Assembly (NCBI GenBank): GCA_964618975.1 | Contig: CAZUDI010000015.1 | Span: 412 to 64,411, forward strand | Direction: 5' to 3' | From: an uncultured Bacteriovoracaceae bacterium | Lineage (GTDB): Bacteria > Desulfobacterota > Desulfomonilia > UBA1062 | Length of the DNA stretch: 64,000 bases | Part shown: piece after piece, positions 9,356 to 20,624 of the stretch | How the letters are laid out: each line of letters begins with the position of its first letter | Numbering within the stretch: the first letter of the stretch is position 1 | The notes under the pieces: generated by a model | What the model was told of the DNA's origin: nothing | Databases searched by the model: none | What the model saw: only the letters and a program-made list of their open reading frames with translations | Made by a program: the position numbers and the translations under genes

Positions 9356-11596
9356 GTGGAGCTCAAAGGCCGGATTTTCTCTGGAACACTGCTCGTCCTG
9401 GTGGTTCTCGCTGCCCTTGTCACCCTGGATGCCTATCGCCAGGTGCAAAAGATCGACGACGGATCACTCTGGCATCTGCCGTCACGGATCTACGGCCGGC
9501 CGTGTACCATAACGGCGGGAACGGATATCGAGCTGCTTGGACTGACAGGGAGGCTGGAACGACTGCGCTACCGCGAGGTGGCAACGGTGAGCACCCCCGG
9601 GGAATATGCGAGCTCTCCTTCCGGGATTACGATCTACCTGAGGGGCTTCCGTGAGGCCGGGCGTCAGGAGCCCCCCCGTAAGGTGAGTCTGGCCCTCGAT
9701 GGGGCGCTGGTGCGCGGCGTGACCGAGTTGGAGACGCGTGCCGAGCTGGCGCACATCGCGCTGGAGCCCGAATGTCTGGCCGAGGTCTTCGGCGAAGGCT
9801 ATGAGGATCGCAGCATCGTGCAATTGAGCGATTGTCCCGCCGCGCTGATCGATGCCATCATTGCCACCGAGGACCGGCGTTTCTATGCGCACCGCGGCAT
9901 CGACCTGCGCTCCGTGATACGGGCGGCGCTGGTGAATCTGAGATACGGCGGGATCCGCGAGGGGGCCTCCACCATAACCCAGCAACTCATCAAGAATCTG
10001 TTCCTTTCCAGTCAGCGGACCTTCTGGAGGAAGTGCCGCGAGGTATGGATCACGCTCGTCATGGAGGCGGTCTATTCCAAGGACGAGATCCTCGAGCTCT
10101 ACCTCAACGAGGTCTATATGGGGCAGTGGGGCCATGCCGGGATCTACGGCGTGGGCCGGGCGGCACGGCTGTTTTTCGACAAGGAGCCCTCCGCGCTCAG
10201 CCTGGAGGAGGCGGCGCTTCTGGCGGGTATCATCCGAGCCCCGAACCGCTATTCCCCATATGCCTTTCCGGCCCGGGCCCTGGCGCGGCGCAACACCGTG
10301 CTGGAACTCATGCGTGACGAGGGCAAGCTGGACGCTCCGGCCGTTGAGCTGGCCCTGAAATCCGAGATGGCGGTCGTGCCTCTGCCCCCCCGACAGAGAC
10401 TGGCTCCCTATTTCATTGACCATATCCTGGAGACCATCCGGGAGCGTTATCCCGTGAGCCTGCTGGCACGGGGGGGGTACCACATCTCGACCACGATCGA
10501 TCCGCACATTCAGCGGGTGGTGGAGGACCGTCTCGCCCGGGGCATCGAGCACCTTTCGCGCGGCGCTGTCCCTGCGCTGCAGGGGGCGGCGGTAGTCTGC
10601 GATCCCTCCACCGGTGAGATCCTGGCCATGGCGGGGGGCAGGGACTACGCGGAAAGCCAGTTCAACCGGGCCACGAATATCACGCGGCATGTGGGCTCGC
10701 TGATCAAACCCGTGATCTACTACACCGCCCTGCGCCGGGGCTATACCCTGGCGAGTCTGGTCCAGGATGACCCACTCAGCCTGGAGATGGGGGATGGTTC
10801 GCCGTGGCGCCCGGAGAACTATGACCATATGAGCCACGGCGAGATCATGCTGGTGGACGCCCTGATACATTCCTACAATCTCGCCACGGTCAGGCTGGGG
10901 CGGGCGCTCGGGAGCGGCAACGTGATCTTTGAGATGCAGCAGATGCTGCCCTCTCTGGCGGTAGCGGACAACCCGTCCGTCCTCCTGGGGGCCGTACCGT
11001 GCTCCCCGCTCGATGTGGCCATGCTCTACTGCGGCCTTGCCAACGGCGGATGCCGGGTGCGCCCCCGGGTGTACAGCGCGATCGAGAACGAGCACGGAAC
11101 CGTGGTGGAGCAATGTGCCCCTTCCGAGCCCGTGAGGGTGTGGGACGCCTCGGTGGTCTATCTGATGAATGCGGCGCTCAAAGATGTGCTCGTGACAGGG
11201 ACCGCCCGCGCGGCACACCTCTACGGCATGCCCGCCAACGTCTGCGGCAAGACGGGCACCACCGACGAGGAGCGCGACGCGTGGTTCGTGGGCTTCACCC
11301 CCGAGCTGGTGGTGGCGGTCTGGATCGGAAACGACGAGTACCTGCCGGTGGGTCTGACCGGGGCCACCGGCGCGCTGCCCGTGGCCTCCATGATCATGGG
11401 TGCGATCACGCGGCCGGGGCCAGTGTCTCCCCCGGACGACATCGTGCTGTGCGCCGTGGACCCCGCCAACGGCAAGCGGGCCTCGCGCTGGAACAGCAAC
11501 CGGCGCACGTTGCCCTTTATCCGGGGCACCGAACCCACCGAGGTCTCGCGCGAGGACCTTCCGGGGATCCTGAAATTCTTCCGGTCCGTCTTTTAG
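9356..11596 (+). CDS. mrcB: bifunctional transglycosylase/transpeptidase PBP1B
   Basis: N-terminal TM, UB2H-like region, EDRRFY.H.GID, GASTITQQLIKN, SLIKP, GKTGTT. Confidence 0.9.
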   Translation: MELKGRIFSGTLLVLVVLAALVTLDAYRQVQKIDDGSLWHLPSRIYGRPCTITAGTDIELLGLTGRLERLRYREVATVSTPGEYASSPSGITIYLRGFREAGRQEPPRKVSLALDGALVRGVTELETRAELAHIALEPECLAEVFGEGYEDRSIVQLSDCPAALIDAIIATEDRRFYAHRGIDLRSVIRAALVNLRYGGIREGASTITQQLIKNLFLSSQRTFWRKCREVWITLVMEAVYSKDEILELYLNEVYMGQWGHAGIYGVGRAARLFFDKEPSALSLEEAALLAGIIRAPNRYSPYAFPARALARRNTVLELMRDEGKLDAPAVELALKSEMAVVPLPPRQRLAPYFIDHILETIRERYPVSLLARGGYHISTTIDPHIQRVVEDRLARGIEHLSRGAVPALQGAAVVCDPSTGEILAMAGGRDYAESQFNRATNITRHVGSLIKPVIYYTALRRGYTLASLVQDDPLSLEMGDGSPWRPENYDHMSHGEIMLVDALIHSYNLATVRLGRALGSGNVIFEMQQMLPSLAVADNPSVLLGAVPCSPLDVAMLYCGLANGGCRVRPRVYSAIENEHGTVVEQCAPSEPVRVWDASVVYLMNAALKDVLVTGTARAAHLYGMPANVCGKTGTTDEERDAWFVGFTPELVVAVWIGNDEYLPVGLTGATGALPVASMIMGAITRPGPVSPPDDIVLCAVDPANGKRASRWNSNRRTLPFIRGTEPTEVSREDLPGILKFFRSVF

Positions 11597-11603
11597 TCGC
11601 TCT

Positions 11604-11673
11604 GGGTCAGATTCCCTGCTGATTGCACCATCGACAGGGTTCCAGGGCTTGCCCTGGGGTGCATACCCCTGAT
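11604..11673 (+). repeat. ~70-bp dispersed intergenic repeat, copy D (degenerate)
   Basis: gggtcagattccctgctgattgcacc...agggttccagggcttgccctggggtgcatacccctgat aligns by eye with the copies at 23845 and 25087. Confidence 0.7.
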
Positions 11674-11691
11674 GATAAAATTCTTGAAAGA

Positions 11692-11733
11692 GGACTTAAG
11701 GAAAACTTCTTGCAAGAAGTTTTCCTTAAGTCC
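11692..11733. repeat. 42-bp perfect palindrome
   Basis: GGACTTAAGGAAAACTTCTTG followed directly by its exact reverse complement CAAGAAGTTTTCCTTAAGTCC. Confidence 0.95.
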
Positions 11734-11778
11734 CGTGAGACTAGCCGTGTCTGTCTTCTTAAAGTTCTCTCAATTGGA

Positions 11779-13647
11779 TCAGGGTGCCCTGGTCTGTGGC
11801 GGGGTGGTTCGGTCACCCGGCGCCGGGATGCGGCGCGGCAGGCCTGAGGAGATGCGGGAGGCCGTCTGGCTGTCGCCCATGGAGGTGAAGGCCGCGGCGA
11901 GCTGGGAAAGCAGGGCGGGGTTGCCGCGGGACAGTTTGAGGGCCTCATCCAGATAGCCTTTCCCCTGCGCGGGCTGTCCGGTTTTCCAGAGGCCCAGCCC
12001 GAGGCGCAGCGCGATGTGGGGGCCGTATGGACGGGTATTTCCCAGCGAGTCTTTGAGCTGGGCATAGACCGAGATGGCGCCCTCGTAGTCGCCCTTTTCC
12101 CAGTAGGCGTTGGCCAGGCCGAGCTGGGCCTTGGTCAGCCCCGGCTTCAGCCTCAGGGCCTGCAGGTAGTTATGGATGGCATGATCGTACTGGTGCATCA
12201 TCATCTGCGCCAGGGCCAGGTTGCTGATGGCCAGGTAGTCGTAGGGCAGGTATTCTATGGCCCGCATACACAGGTCGGCGGCCTCCTGGTAGCGACCCTG
12301 TCGGATGTAGAGCTCCGAGAGGTTGACATTGGCCGGGCTCGAGCGCGGGTATTTCGCCAGGGTGTCCTCCCACAGCGTGAGGGAATTCTGCCAGATGTCG
12401 TTCTGTCGCACGGTCATGGCCGCATAGCCCCCTGTAAGGCAGGCGATGAGAGCGGCAGCTACCAGCATCGGGAAGCGCGGCGAGAGGCCCGGCAGGGTCA
12501 GGCGCCATTGCCAGAGTAGCGTAAGGACATAACCCAGAAGGACGCACCAGCTCAGGGAAGGCAGCAGCGCATAGCGGTCAGCCATGATCTGGGCTATGGG
12601 CAGGACATGGGCGACCGGCAGCAGGAAGAGGTAGAACCAGACCACGAAAAAGGCGATCAGCGCCTTTCTGCGCACGACGGCGATCATTGCCCCGGTCACG
12701 ATCAGCAGGTTGGTTCCCAGGAAGGCCCAGGCCTGCCAGCTCTTGGGGTCGGTGGAGAGCTCGATGGGATAGTCGGCCGCGTAGTTGATATGGAAGCCGA
12801 TCAGGGCGATGTAACTGACGAAGATCTGCGAGACGGCCAGCAGATTGGTCCCTACGGAGCCCCCGTGCCAGGGTTTGATGCCGCCGGCATCCGACATGGT
12901 GCTAAGGAGTCGCCAGATGAGGGGGATCACGAGGATCAGCAGGGGCAGGTACACGAGCAGGCGTCGCTTCCAGAAGGCGCGCGTCGGCTTCTGGCGATGG
13001 ATCAGGAGATCCAGGACGATAAGGACCACGGGGAGCACCAGGGCCGTGGGTTTGGAGAGGATGGCGAGGATCAGGGCCACCAGGCACAGCGCCCCGTGGA
13101 CGCGCGCCCCGGAGCGCGCCCTGAGAAAGGCGTACAGGCACACGAAGGTGAAGAGCCCCAGGAGGGGCTCCTTGCGTGCATAGAGCCAGGTGACACTCTC
13201 CACGTGGACCGGGTGCACGGCATAGATGAGGGTGGTCAGGCTCGCCCAGATGACGGGAACCCGGTCATCCTCACTCAGGAGGTCGAAGAGCTCCCGCAGG
13301 AACAGCCAGCAGGCGATGATCATGAAGGTGTAGAGCCAGATGCTGTGCAGGTGCATCCCCGGGACGGGATTTTCCCCGAAGAGGGCGAAGTCGAGCATGT
13401 ACGAGAGGTCGCGCACCGGCTGGAAGGTGGAGCCCGCCCGGGGGGTGAGGACCTCCCGGAGATTTTCGGGGGTGAGGGCCTGCAGGGTGGTGCGGGAGAA
13501 CAGTGCCGGGTCGTCCCAGTTGGTGGGGAGGTTGTCAAGGGTGTTGTAGTAGAGGGCCAGGATCAGGACGGGCAGGGCCAGGAGAAAGAGGAGATGGGCG
13601 CGGTTTGAAGGTGTTGGCAAGGGTTCTTTCCTTTCAGGTGGCGGCAT
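11779..13647 (-). CDS. TMTC-like multi-TM GT-C glycosyltransferase with C-terminal TPRs
   Basis: NWDD acidic pair after TM1, HPVHVESVTW..ARKE motif, many TM helices, RQNDIWQNSLTLW..T linker, TPRs. Confidence 0.75.
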   Translation of the reverse strand: MPPPERKEPLPTPSNRAHLLFLLALPVLILALYYNTLDNLPTNWDDPALFSRTTLQALTPENLREVLTPRAGSTFQPVRDLSYMLDFALFGENPVPGMHLHSIWLYTFMIIACWLFLRELFDLLSEDDRVPVIWASLTTLIYAVHPVHVESVTWLYARKEPLLGLFTFVCLYAFLRARSGARVHGALCLVALILAILSKPTALVLPVVLIVLDLLIHRQKPTRAFWKRRLLVYLPLLILVIPLIWRLLSTMSDAGGIKPWHGGSVGTNLLAVSQIFVSYIALIGFHINYAADYPIELSTDPKSWQAWAFLGTNLLIVTGAMIAVVRRKALIAFFVVWFYLFLLPVAHVLPIAQIMADRYALLPSLSWCVLLGYVLTLLWQWRLTLPGLSPRFPMLVAAALIACLTGGYAAMTVRQNDIWQNSLTLWEDTLAKYPRSSPANVNLSELYIRQGRYQEAADLCMRAIEYLPYDYLAISNLALAQMMMHQYDHAIHNYLQALRLKPGLTKAQLGLANAYWEKGDYEGAISVYAQLKDSLGNTRPYGPHIALRLGLGLWKTGQPAQGKGYLDEALKLSRGNPALLSQLAAAFTSMGDSQTASRISSGLPRRIPAPGDRTTPPQTRAP

Positions 13648-13851
13648 CAGGCGGGTAAGCGGCCATCCCCCGGGGCGAAGAACTCCGGAGCGAAGCCGGC
13701 CGGCATCCTGGTGTGCATGATATCGCGCGTATCAAGCGGGGATAATGCATCGGCTGGATCGCAGATGCGGGCAGAGGTTATCAAGGCCATAAGGTCCTGT
13801 ATCGGCTGGTCCGCAGTGCGGCTTGAGGGGGTGCCCGTTTGGCACCACCGG

Positions 13852-13880
13852 TGGACAATGCGGCGCAGGGCTGATATACT
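13852..13880 (+). promoter_or_regulatory. putative extended -10 sigma70 promoter of the aminotransferase
   Basis: TGGACA, 17 nt, TATACT, with TGn just before the -10. Confidence 0.5.
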
Positions 13881-13913
13881 TCTGTGGCGATTCCGCAAGG
13901 GGAGGAAGTCACG

Positions 13914-15065
13914 ATGGTAGCTCACCGGATGAAGGCGTATGCGCAGAGTTCTTCGTGGATTCGCCGCATGTTCGAGGAAGGCACCCGACTGAAGGCCATT
14001 CACGGCCCGGACAGGGTCTATGATTTCAGCCTGGGGAACCCGGATGTTCCCCCCCCGCCGCAGGTGCTCGAGGCCATGGCCGCCCACGCACGGGGCATGT
14101 CCCACGGCTATATGGCCAACGCCGGCTATCCCGAGGTGCGCGCCCAGGTCGCCGCGCACGCCTCCAAGATGTACGGGGTGGATCTTGCGGCCGAGGATAT
14201 CATCATGACCTGTGGCGCTGGCGGTGGTCTGAATGTCGTGCTCAAGGCCATCCTGGATCCCGGAGATGAGGTCGTGGCCATCGCCCCCTATTTCGTGGAG
14301 TACGGTTTCTATGCCGAGAATCATGGGGGGCGCCTGGTGGCGGTGGCCTGTGACGAGACCTTTCTGCCGGATGCCGAGCGCATTCGCAAGGCCCTGACCG
14401 CGCGCACCAAGGCCCTGATCATCAATTCACCCAACAACCCCAGTGGCCGGGTCTATCCCCGGGGGATCCTGGAGAACCTGGCACACGTGCTGGCAGACCA
14501 TCCCCAGGTGCTGCTCATCTCCGACGAGCCCTATCGGGGGATCGTCTACGACGGCCACGAGGTCCCCTCGGTGCTGGCGGTTTCTCCCAACACGGTCGTG
14601 GTGACCTCGGCCTCGAAGGAGCTCTCCCTGGCCGGACAGCGCATCGGCTATATCGCCCTGAGCCCTCAGGTCTCCGAGCGCGAGGAACTGCTCGGCGCCA
14701 TGGTCCTGGCCACGCGCATCCTGGGCTTCGTCAATGCCCCGGCGCTCATGCAGCGCGTCTATGCCGAATGCCTGAACGAGCGTGTGGATGTGGCCCTCTA
14801 TGCCCGGCGCCGCGATGCCCTGCGCGCGATTTTCGACGCGTCGGGCCTGTCCTATGCACCCCCGGAAGGCACCTTCTACCTCTTCGTGAAATCCCCGCTA
14901 CAAGACGAGACGGTCTTCTGCCAGGAATTACTCAAGGAGCGGATCCTGGCTGTGCCAGGGCGGGGGTTCGGCTATCCGGGCTATGTGCGTTTCGCCTACT
15001 GCGTCGATGAGCGTACGATCACGGGCGCCTCCCCGGGGATAGGCCGTGTGATGGAACGCCTGTGA
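13914..15065 (+). CDS. class I/II PLP aminotransferase (aspartate aminotransferase-like)
   Basis: FSLGNPD, INSPNNPSG, SDEPY, SASKELSLAGQRIGY. GGAGG SD before ATG 13914. Confidence 0.92.
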   Translation: MVAHRMKAYAQSSSWIRRMFEEGTRLKAIHGPDRVYDFSLGNPDVPPPPQVLEAMAAHARGMSHGYMANAGYPEVRAQVAAHASKMYGVDLAAEDIIMTCGAGGGLNVVLKAILDPGDEVVAIAPYFVEYGFYAENHGGRLVAVACDETFLPDAERIRKALTARTKALIINSPNNPSGRVYPRGILENLAHVLADHPQVLLISDEPYRGIVYDGHEVPSVLAVSPNTVVVTSASKELSLAGQRIGYIALSPQVSEREELLGAMVLATRILGFVNAPALMQRVYAECLNERVDVALYARRRDALRAIFDASGLSYAPPEGTFYLFVKSPLQDETVFCQELLKERILAVPGRGFGYPGYVRFAYCVDERTITGASPGIGRVMERL

Positions 15066-15075
15066 GGTCTGTGGT

Positions 15076-15360
15076 TTACAGATAATAGCCGAGGATCTTT
15101 TTGTGCTGCAGTTCCTCGATGGCCCCGGGGTCGTCCCGGACCGACCGCATGCAGTAGTTTCTCCAGTGTCTCACCGCCTCCGGGAGGGAGGTGAAGGTCC
15201 TCTGCCGCACGATCTCGCCCCGGGAATCCTTGACGGCCATGTACCGGTTGGGGTTTCTGGTCTTGATGAGCTTGAAGCCCCCGTATTCGTCGATGATCTG
15301 GTACCCGCCGTAGTCATTCAGATATCTGAGGTCGACGACTTCATCGCTGAATACCGCCAT
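15076..15360 (-). CDS. hypothetical 94-aa protein
   Basis: GGAGG SD upstream of ATG 15360; sits in an otherwise gene-free gap; no family recognised. Confidence 0.6.
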   Translation of the reverse strand: MAVFSDEVVDLRYLNDYGGYQIIDEYGGFKLIKTRNPNRYMAVKDSRGEIVRQRTFTSLPEAVRHWRNYCMRSVRDDPGAIEELQHKKILGYYL

Positions 15361-15611
15361 GTCTCTTCCTCCCAGGCCAAAATAATCGCTCATTGAGGTC
15401 GAGATGCTCACGGAGAGGATGGTGGGGCACCTTCTCCCGATGCCGCTCCATTTTATCGGCAAGGGGCGCCCCAGGTCAAGGCCCATTACGGAAAGAGGAC
15501 GGATCCGGGACAGTGTGCCCGCCCCGGTGTGTATGGCGGTCTCCCGGGGCAGAAAGGGGGGTGGTCCGGGACCTGCTCCGGCTCTCATAGGCATGATTTA
15601 AAGCCGCTTCC

Positions 15612-15639
15612 TTGACAAGCGCCGGGAACCATTTATGAT
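15612..15639 (+). promoter_or_regulatory. putative sigma70 promoter of the IHF/HU gene
   Basis: TTGACA (15612-15617), 16 nt, TATGAT (15634-15639). Confidence 0.5.
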
Positions 15640-15674
15640 TGATAAGGGATGACCATTATGTCAGGAGGTGGCGT

Positions 15675-15956
15675 ATGAACAAGTCGGATATGATCACACA
15701 GCTCTCCGAGAACATGGCGCTGCACCCGAAAAAGGCCGAGGTCGTGGTGAATACCATTCTCAACTCGATGGTGCGGGCCATGCAGCAGAACAAGCGGGTT
15801 GAGGTGCGTGGCTTCGGCAGCTTCGTGATCCGGAAGTATCATCCCTATGTGGGGCGCAATCCCAAGACCGGCGAAAGGATTCATGTGGATGCCAAGCGTC
15901 TCCCGTTCTTCAAGACCGGCAAGAACATGAAGATCAGGGTCAACAGCCAGGTCTGA
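15675..15956 (+). CDS. ihfB: integration host factor beta / HU family protein
   Basis: MNKSDMI, VEVRGFGSF, GRNPKTGE, PFFKTGK; AGGAGG SD. Confidence 0.85.
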   Translation: MNKSDMITQLSENMALHPKKAEVVVNTILNSMVRAMQQNKRVEVRGFGSFVIRKYHPYVGRNPKTGERIHVDAKRLPFFKTGKNMKIRVNSQV

Positions 15957-16109
15957 TGGTACGTCACGATCATTGGACAAGCAAAGCCTTGCCCTGCGGC
16001 CTGGAGGGCAGGATTTCCCTGGTATGAATCACGCCCCCTCACCGGCAGGCGGGCTTTGCCTGTTGGCTGTGCTGTGAGAGGCCCGTGCGGGGGGGTGTCT
16101 CGTGCGGGT

Positions 16110-16538
16110 CTAGAACGGAATGTCGTCGAACTCGTCGCTTCCCGTGGGGCCGGAATATTCAGGGTGGGGCTCGCCTGCCGGCGCGGACATGCGCTCCGTG
16201 CCCCCGGAGGGGGTCAGGATCTGCATCTGGCTGGCGACGATCTCGGTGGTGTAGCGCTTATTGCCGTCCTTGTCGTCCCAGGAGCGGGTCTGTATGCGAC
16301 CCTCGATATAGACCTGCTTGCCCTTGGAGAGCAGTTTGGCACAGTTTTCTGCCAGTTTTCCCCAGGTGACGATGCGGTGCCACTCGGTACTCTCCTGGAG
16401 TTCCCCGTTGGTGTCCTTCCATCTCTCGCTGGTGGCGATGGTGAAGTTGGTCACCGCTCTGCCGCTGGGGGTAAAGCGCATTTCCGGATCCCTCCCCAGA
16501 TTCCCAATCAGCATCACCTTGTTCAGTGATCCCGCCAT
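16110..16538 (-). CDS. ssb: single-stranded DNA-binding protein
   Basis: [23 protein letters not shown]-terminal DDIPF. Confidence 0.97.
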   Translation of the reverse strand: MAGSLNKVMLIGNLGRDPEMRFTPSGRAVTNFTIATSERWKDTNGELQESTEWHRIVTWGKLAENCAKLLSKGKQVYIEGRIQTRSWDDKDGNKRYTTEIVASQMQILTPSGGTERMSAPAGEPHPEYSGPTGSDEFDDIPF

Positions 16539-16700
16539 AGTCACCTCCCCAATTTTCACTGCAGGCTAACGGGGTTGCGCCCATAAGTCAAGATCAAAGG
16601 GGCCTCCGGTTTTCATACCCATGATTGCCGCCGGTTTCCCGCCCGCGGGTGCCCTGCTGCATATTGACACCCCTGCATGCCATACGTTAAACCATGACAC

Positions 16701-18322
<1,622 letters not shown>

Positions 18323-18326
<4 letters not shown>

Positions 18327-19138
18327 GACCGGTCAGCGTCGGCGATATCACCATCGGATCGGGCGAATTGGTCCTGATTGCGGGTCCCTGCGTGATCGAG
18401 TCGCGCCGGCATGCCCTTTGCCTGGCGCAAAGCCTGCGCGAGATCGCCGATAGGGTGGGGCTGCCCTTCATCTTCAAGGCCTCCTTCGACAAGGCCAACC
18501 GATCGTCCATCAGCGCCTACCGTGGGCCGGGCCTGGAGGAAGGGCTCGATATCCTGGGGGAGATCAAGGAAAGGGCCGGGGTGATGGTCACCTCGGACAT
18601 CCACGAGCCCTCCCAGGCGCAAGCGGTGTCAAAGGTGCTGGATCTGCTCCAGATCCCGGCCTTCCTGAGCCGGCAGACGGACCTCCTGGTGGCGGCGGCG
18701 GAGACCGGACTGCCGATCAACATCAAGAAGGGGCAGTTCCTGGCCCCCTGGGACATGCGCAATGTCCTCAACAAGGTCATGAGTGCGGGGAATACTCGTA
18801 TCATGCTCACCGAGCGGGGGGCCTCGTTTGGCTACAACAATCTGGTGTGCGATCTTAGATCGCTGGCTATCATGCGCTCCCTGGGGGTTCCCGTGGTCCT
18901 GGATGTCACGCACAGCCTCCAGCTTCCCGGTGGCCGGGGCGACGCCTCGGGCGGCAACCGGGAGTACATCGTGCCCCTGGCCCGGGCCGGGGTGGCCTTC
19001 GGGGTGGATGCCCTTTTTCTGGAGGTGCACGATAACCCGGAGCAGGCCCTGAGCGATGGCCCCAATTCCCTCGATCTCGGCCATCTCGAGGCGCTCCTCA
19101 ACCAGGTCCTCGCCATCCACCAGGCGGTGTCCGTATGA
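18323..19138 (+). CDS. kdsA: KDO8P synthase
   Basis: [50 protein letters not shown]. Confidence 0.96.
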
Positions 19139-19635
19139 CCATCAAGGTCCTCGTGCTGGACGTGGATGGCGTGATGACCGATTCCAGGGTCTACTTTACG
19201 GAAGATGGCTCGGAGATGAAGGCCTTCAACACCAAGGACGGCCATGGGATAAAGCTCCTCATGCGCGCCGGGCTTGATGTGGCCATCATCACCGGCCGGA
19301 CCTCGAAGGCGCTGGAGCACCGGGCGCGGGATCTGGGGATTCGGCATGTGCTTCAGGGATCCAAGGACAAGCGCGCCTCGCTCCTGGAACTTTCCCGGAC
19401 GCTTAAGGTCGATCCCGGCGAGATGGCCTACATGGGGGACGATGTGGTCGATCTCCCTGCCATGCGGCTGTGCGCCCTGAGCTTTGCACCGGCAGATGCC
19501 GTCAAGATGGTCAGGGAGAGGGTGGACGTGGTCACCGAACTGCCCGGGGGCTATGGGGCGCTGAGGGAGGCCGTGGAAATCCTTCTCAGACGGGTCGGCC
19601 TCTTTGATGCGGTCATGGAGCGTTATGTGGTATAA
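19135..19635 (+). CDS. kdsC: KDO8P phosphatase
   Basis: LDVDGVMTD, KDGHG, YMGDDVVD HAD motifs; operon position. Confidence 0.93.
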   Translation: MTIKVLVLDVDGVMTDSRVYFTEDGSEMKAFNTKDGHGIKLLMRAGLDVAIITGRTSKALEHRARDLGIRHVLQGSKDKRASLLELSRTLKVDPGEMAYMGDDVVDLPAMRLCALSFAPADAVKMVRERVDVVTELPGGYGALREAVEILLRRVGLFDAVMERYVV

Positions 19636-20152
19636 GTGGCTGGGGCTCGGCGTCCTGTGCCTGATGGGCGGATATTTCCTTCTCAGTGGTGAGAGACAGG
19701 GGCCGGTCGAGCAGAAGGGGCCACTGTTAAGGCTGGCTGAGGATATCGTCATGAACGAGCGCGACCTGTCGGCACGTGAGGGCCTGACCACGATTACCGC
19801 ACGACGGGCCGAGGAAAGGGATGATCAGACCGTGATCCTGGATGAGTTCGAGATCTCCCAAGCGCCGAATTTGATCATGAAGGGCCGTCTTGCCCGGTAC
19901 GACATGCACGCGTCGGTGCTGTATGTCACCGGGCCCGTGAGCGTGACCACCGGGGACGGAATTCAGGCGACCCTCACCGGTCTCGTCTGGCAGAGGGATG
20001 CGGGGACGGCCCGCACGGACAATCCCGTACAGGTCGTGATGGAGCAGGGGACGGTCGAGGCGGCACGGGCCGAGTTCGACGATGACTTCGGCCGTATCCG
20101 ATTTTCTGGTGGTGTACATGCGAAGATTTCTCCCCATCTTATTGATCGCTAG
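19625..20152 (+). CDS. lptC: LPS export protein LptC
   Basis: N-terminal TM plus beta-jellyroll-like sequence; position between kdsC and lptA. Confidence 0.7.
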   Translation: MWYKWLGLGVLCLMGGYFLLSGERQGPVEQKGPLLRLAEDIVMNERDLSAREGLTTITARRAEERDDQTVILDEFEISQAPNLIMKGRLARYDMHASVLYVTGPVSVTTGDGIQATLTGLVWQRDAGTARTDNPVQVVMEQGTVEAARAEFDDDFGRIRFSGGVHAKISPHLIDR

Positions 20153-20624
20153 TGTTTGTCTGTCCGGGATACTCGCCGCTGCGGAACTCAAGGCCCAGGA
20201 GGTCAGGGCCGATATGATAGAGGTGGATGCGGACAGGATGGATGTCTTTGCCGATGAAGGGAAGGCGGTCTTTCAGGGCAGTGTAAACGCCACCAAGGGG
20301 GGCATGCTCCTTTTGAGTGATAGGCTCACCCTGATGTTTGACAAGACCACCAAAAAGGTCAGGCGCATGCTTGCGGAAGGGGAGGTGCGCATCACCTGGG
20401 AGGACAAGAAGGCCAGCTGTGACCAGGCGGAATATATGCTGGAATCAGAAAGGATCGTCTTTACGGGCGATGTGGTGATCACCAGGGGCGAGGAACTGCT
20501 GCGTGGGCAGAAGGTTACGGTGGACACCGCCGAAAACCGACAGGTCGTGGAAGGCGAGGGTTCCCGGGTGAAGATCCGGGTGCTCACCGGTGAGGAAACG
20601 GGGATACTCCAGTGGGAGAAGTGA
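20118..20624 (+). CDS. lptA: LPS transport periplasmic protein LptA
   Basis: Signal peptide, IEVDADRM, AVFQGSV.A.KG, OstA-like repeats; upstream of lptB. Confidence 0.8.
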   Translation: MRRFLPILLIASVCLSGILAAAELKAQEVRADMIEVDADRMDVFADEGKAVFQGSVNATKGGMLLLSDRLTLMFDKTTKKVRRMLAEGEVRITWEDKKASCDQAEYMLESERIVFTGDVVITRGEELLRGQKVTVDTAENRQVVEGEGSRVKIRVLTGEETGILQWEK

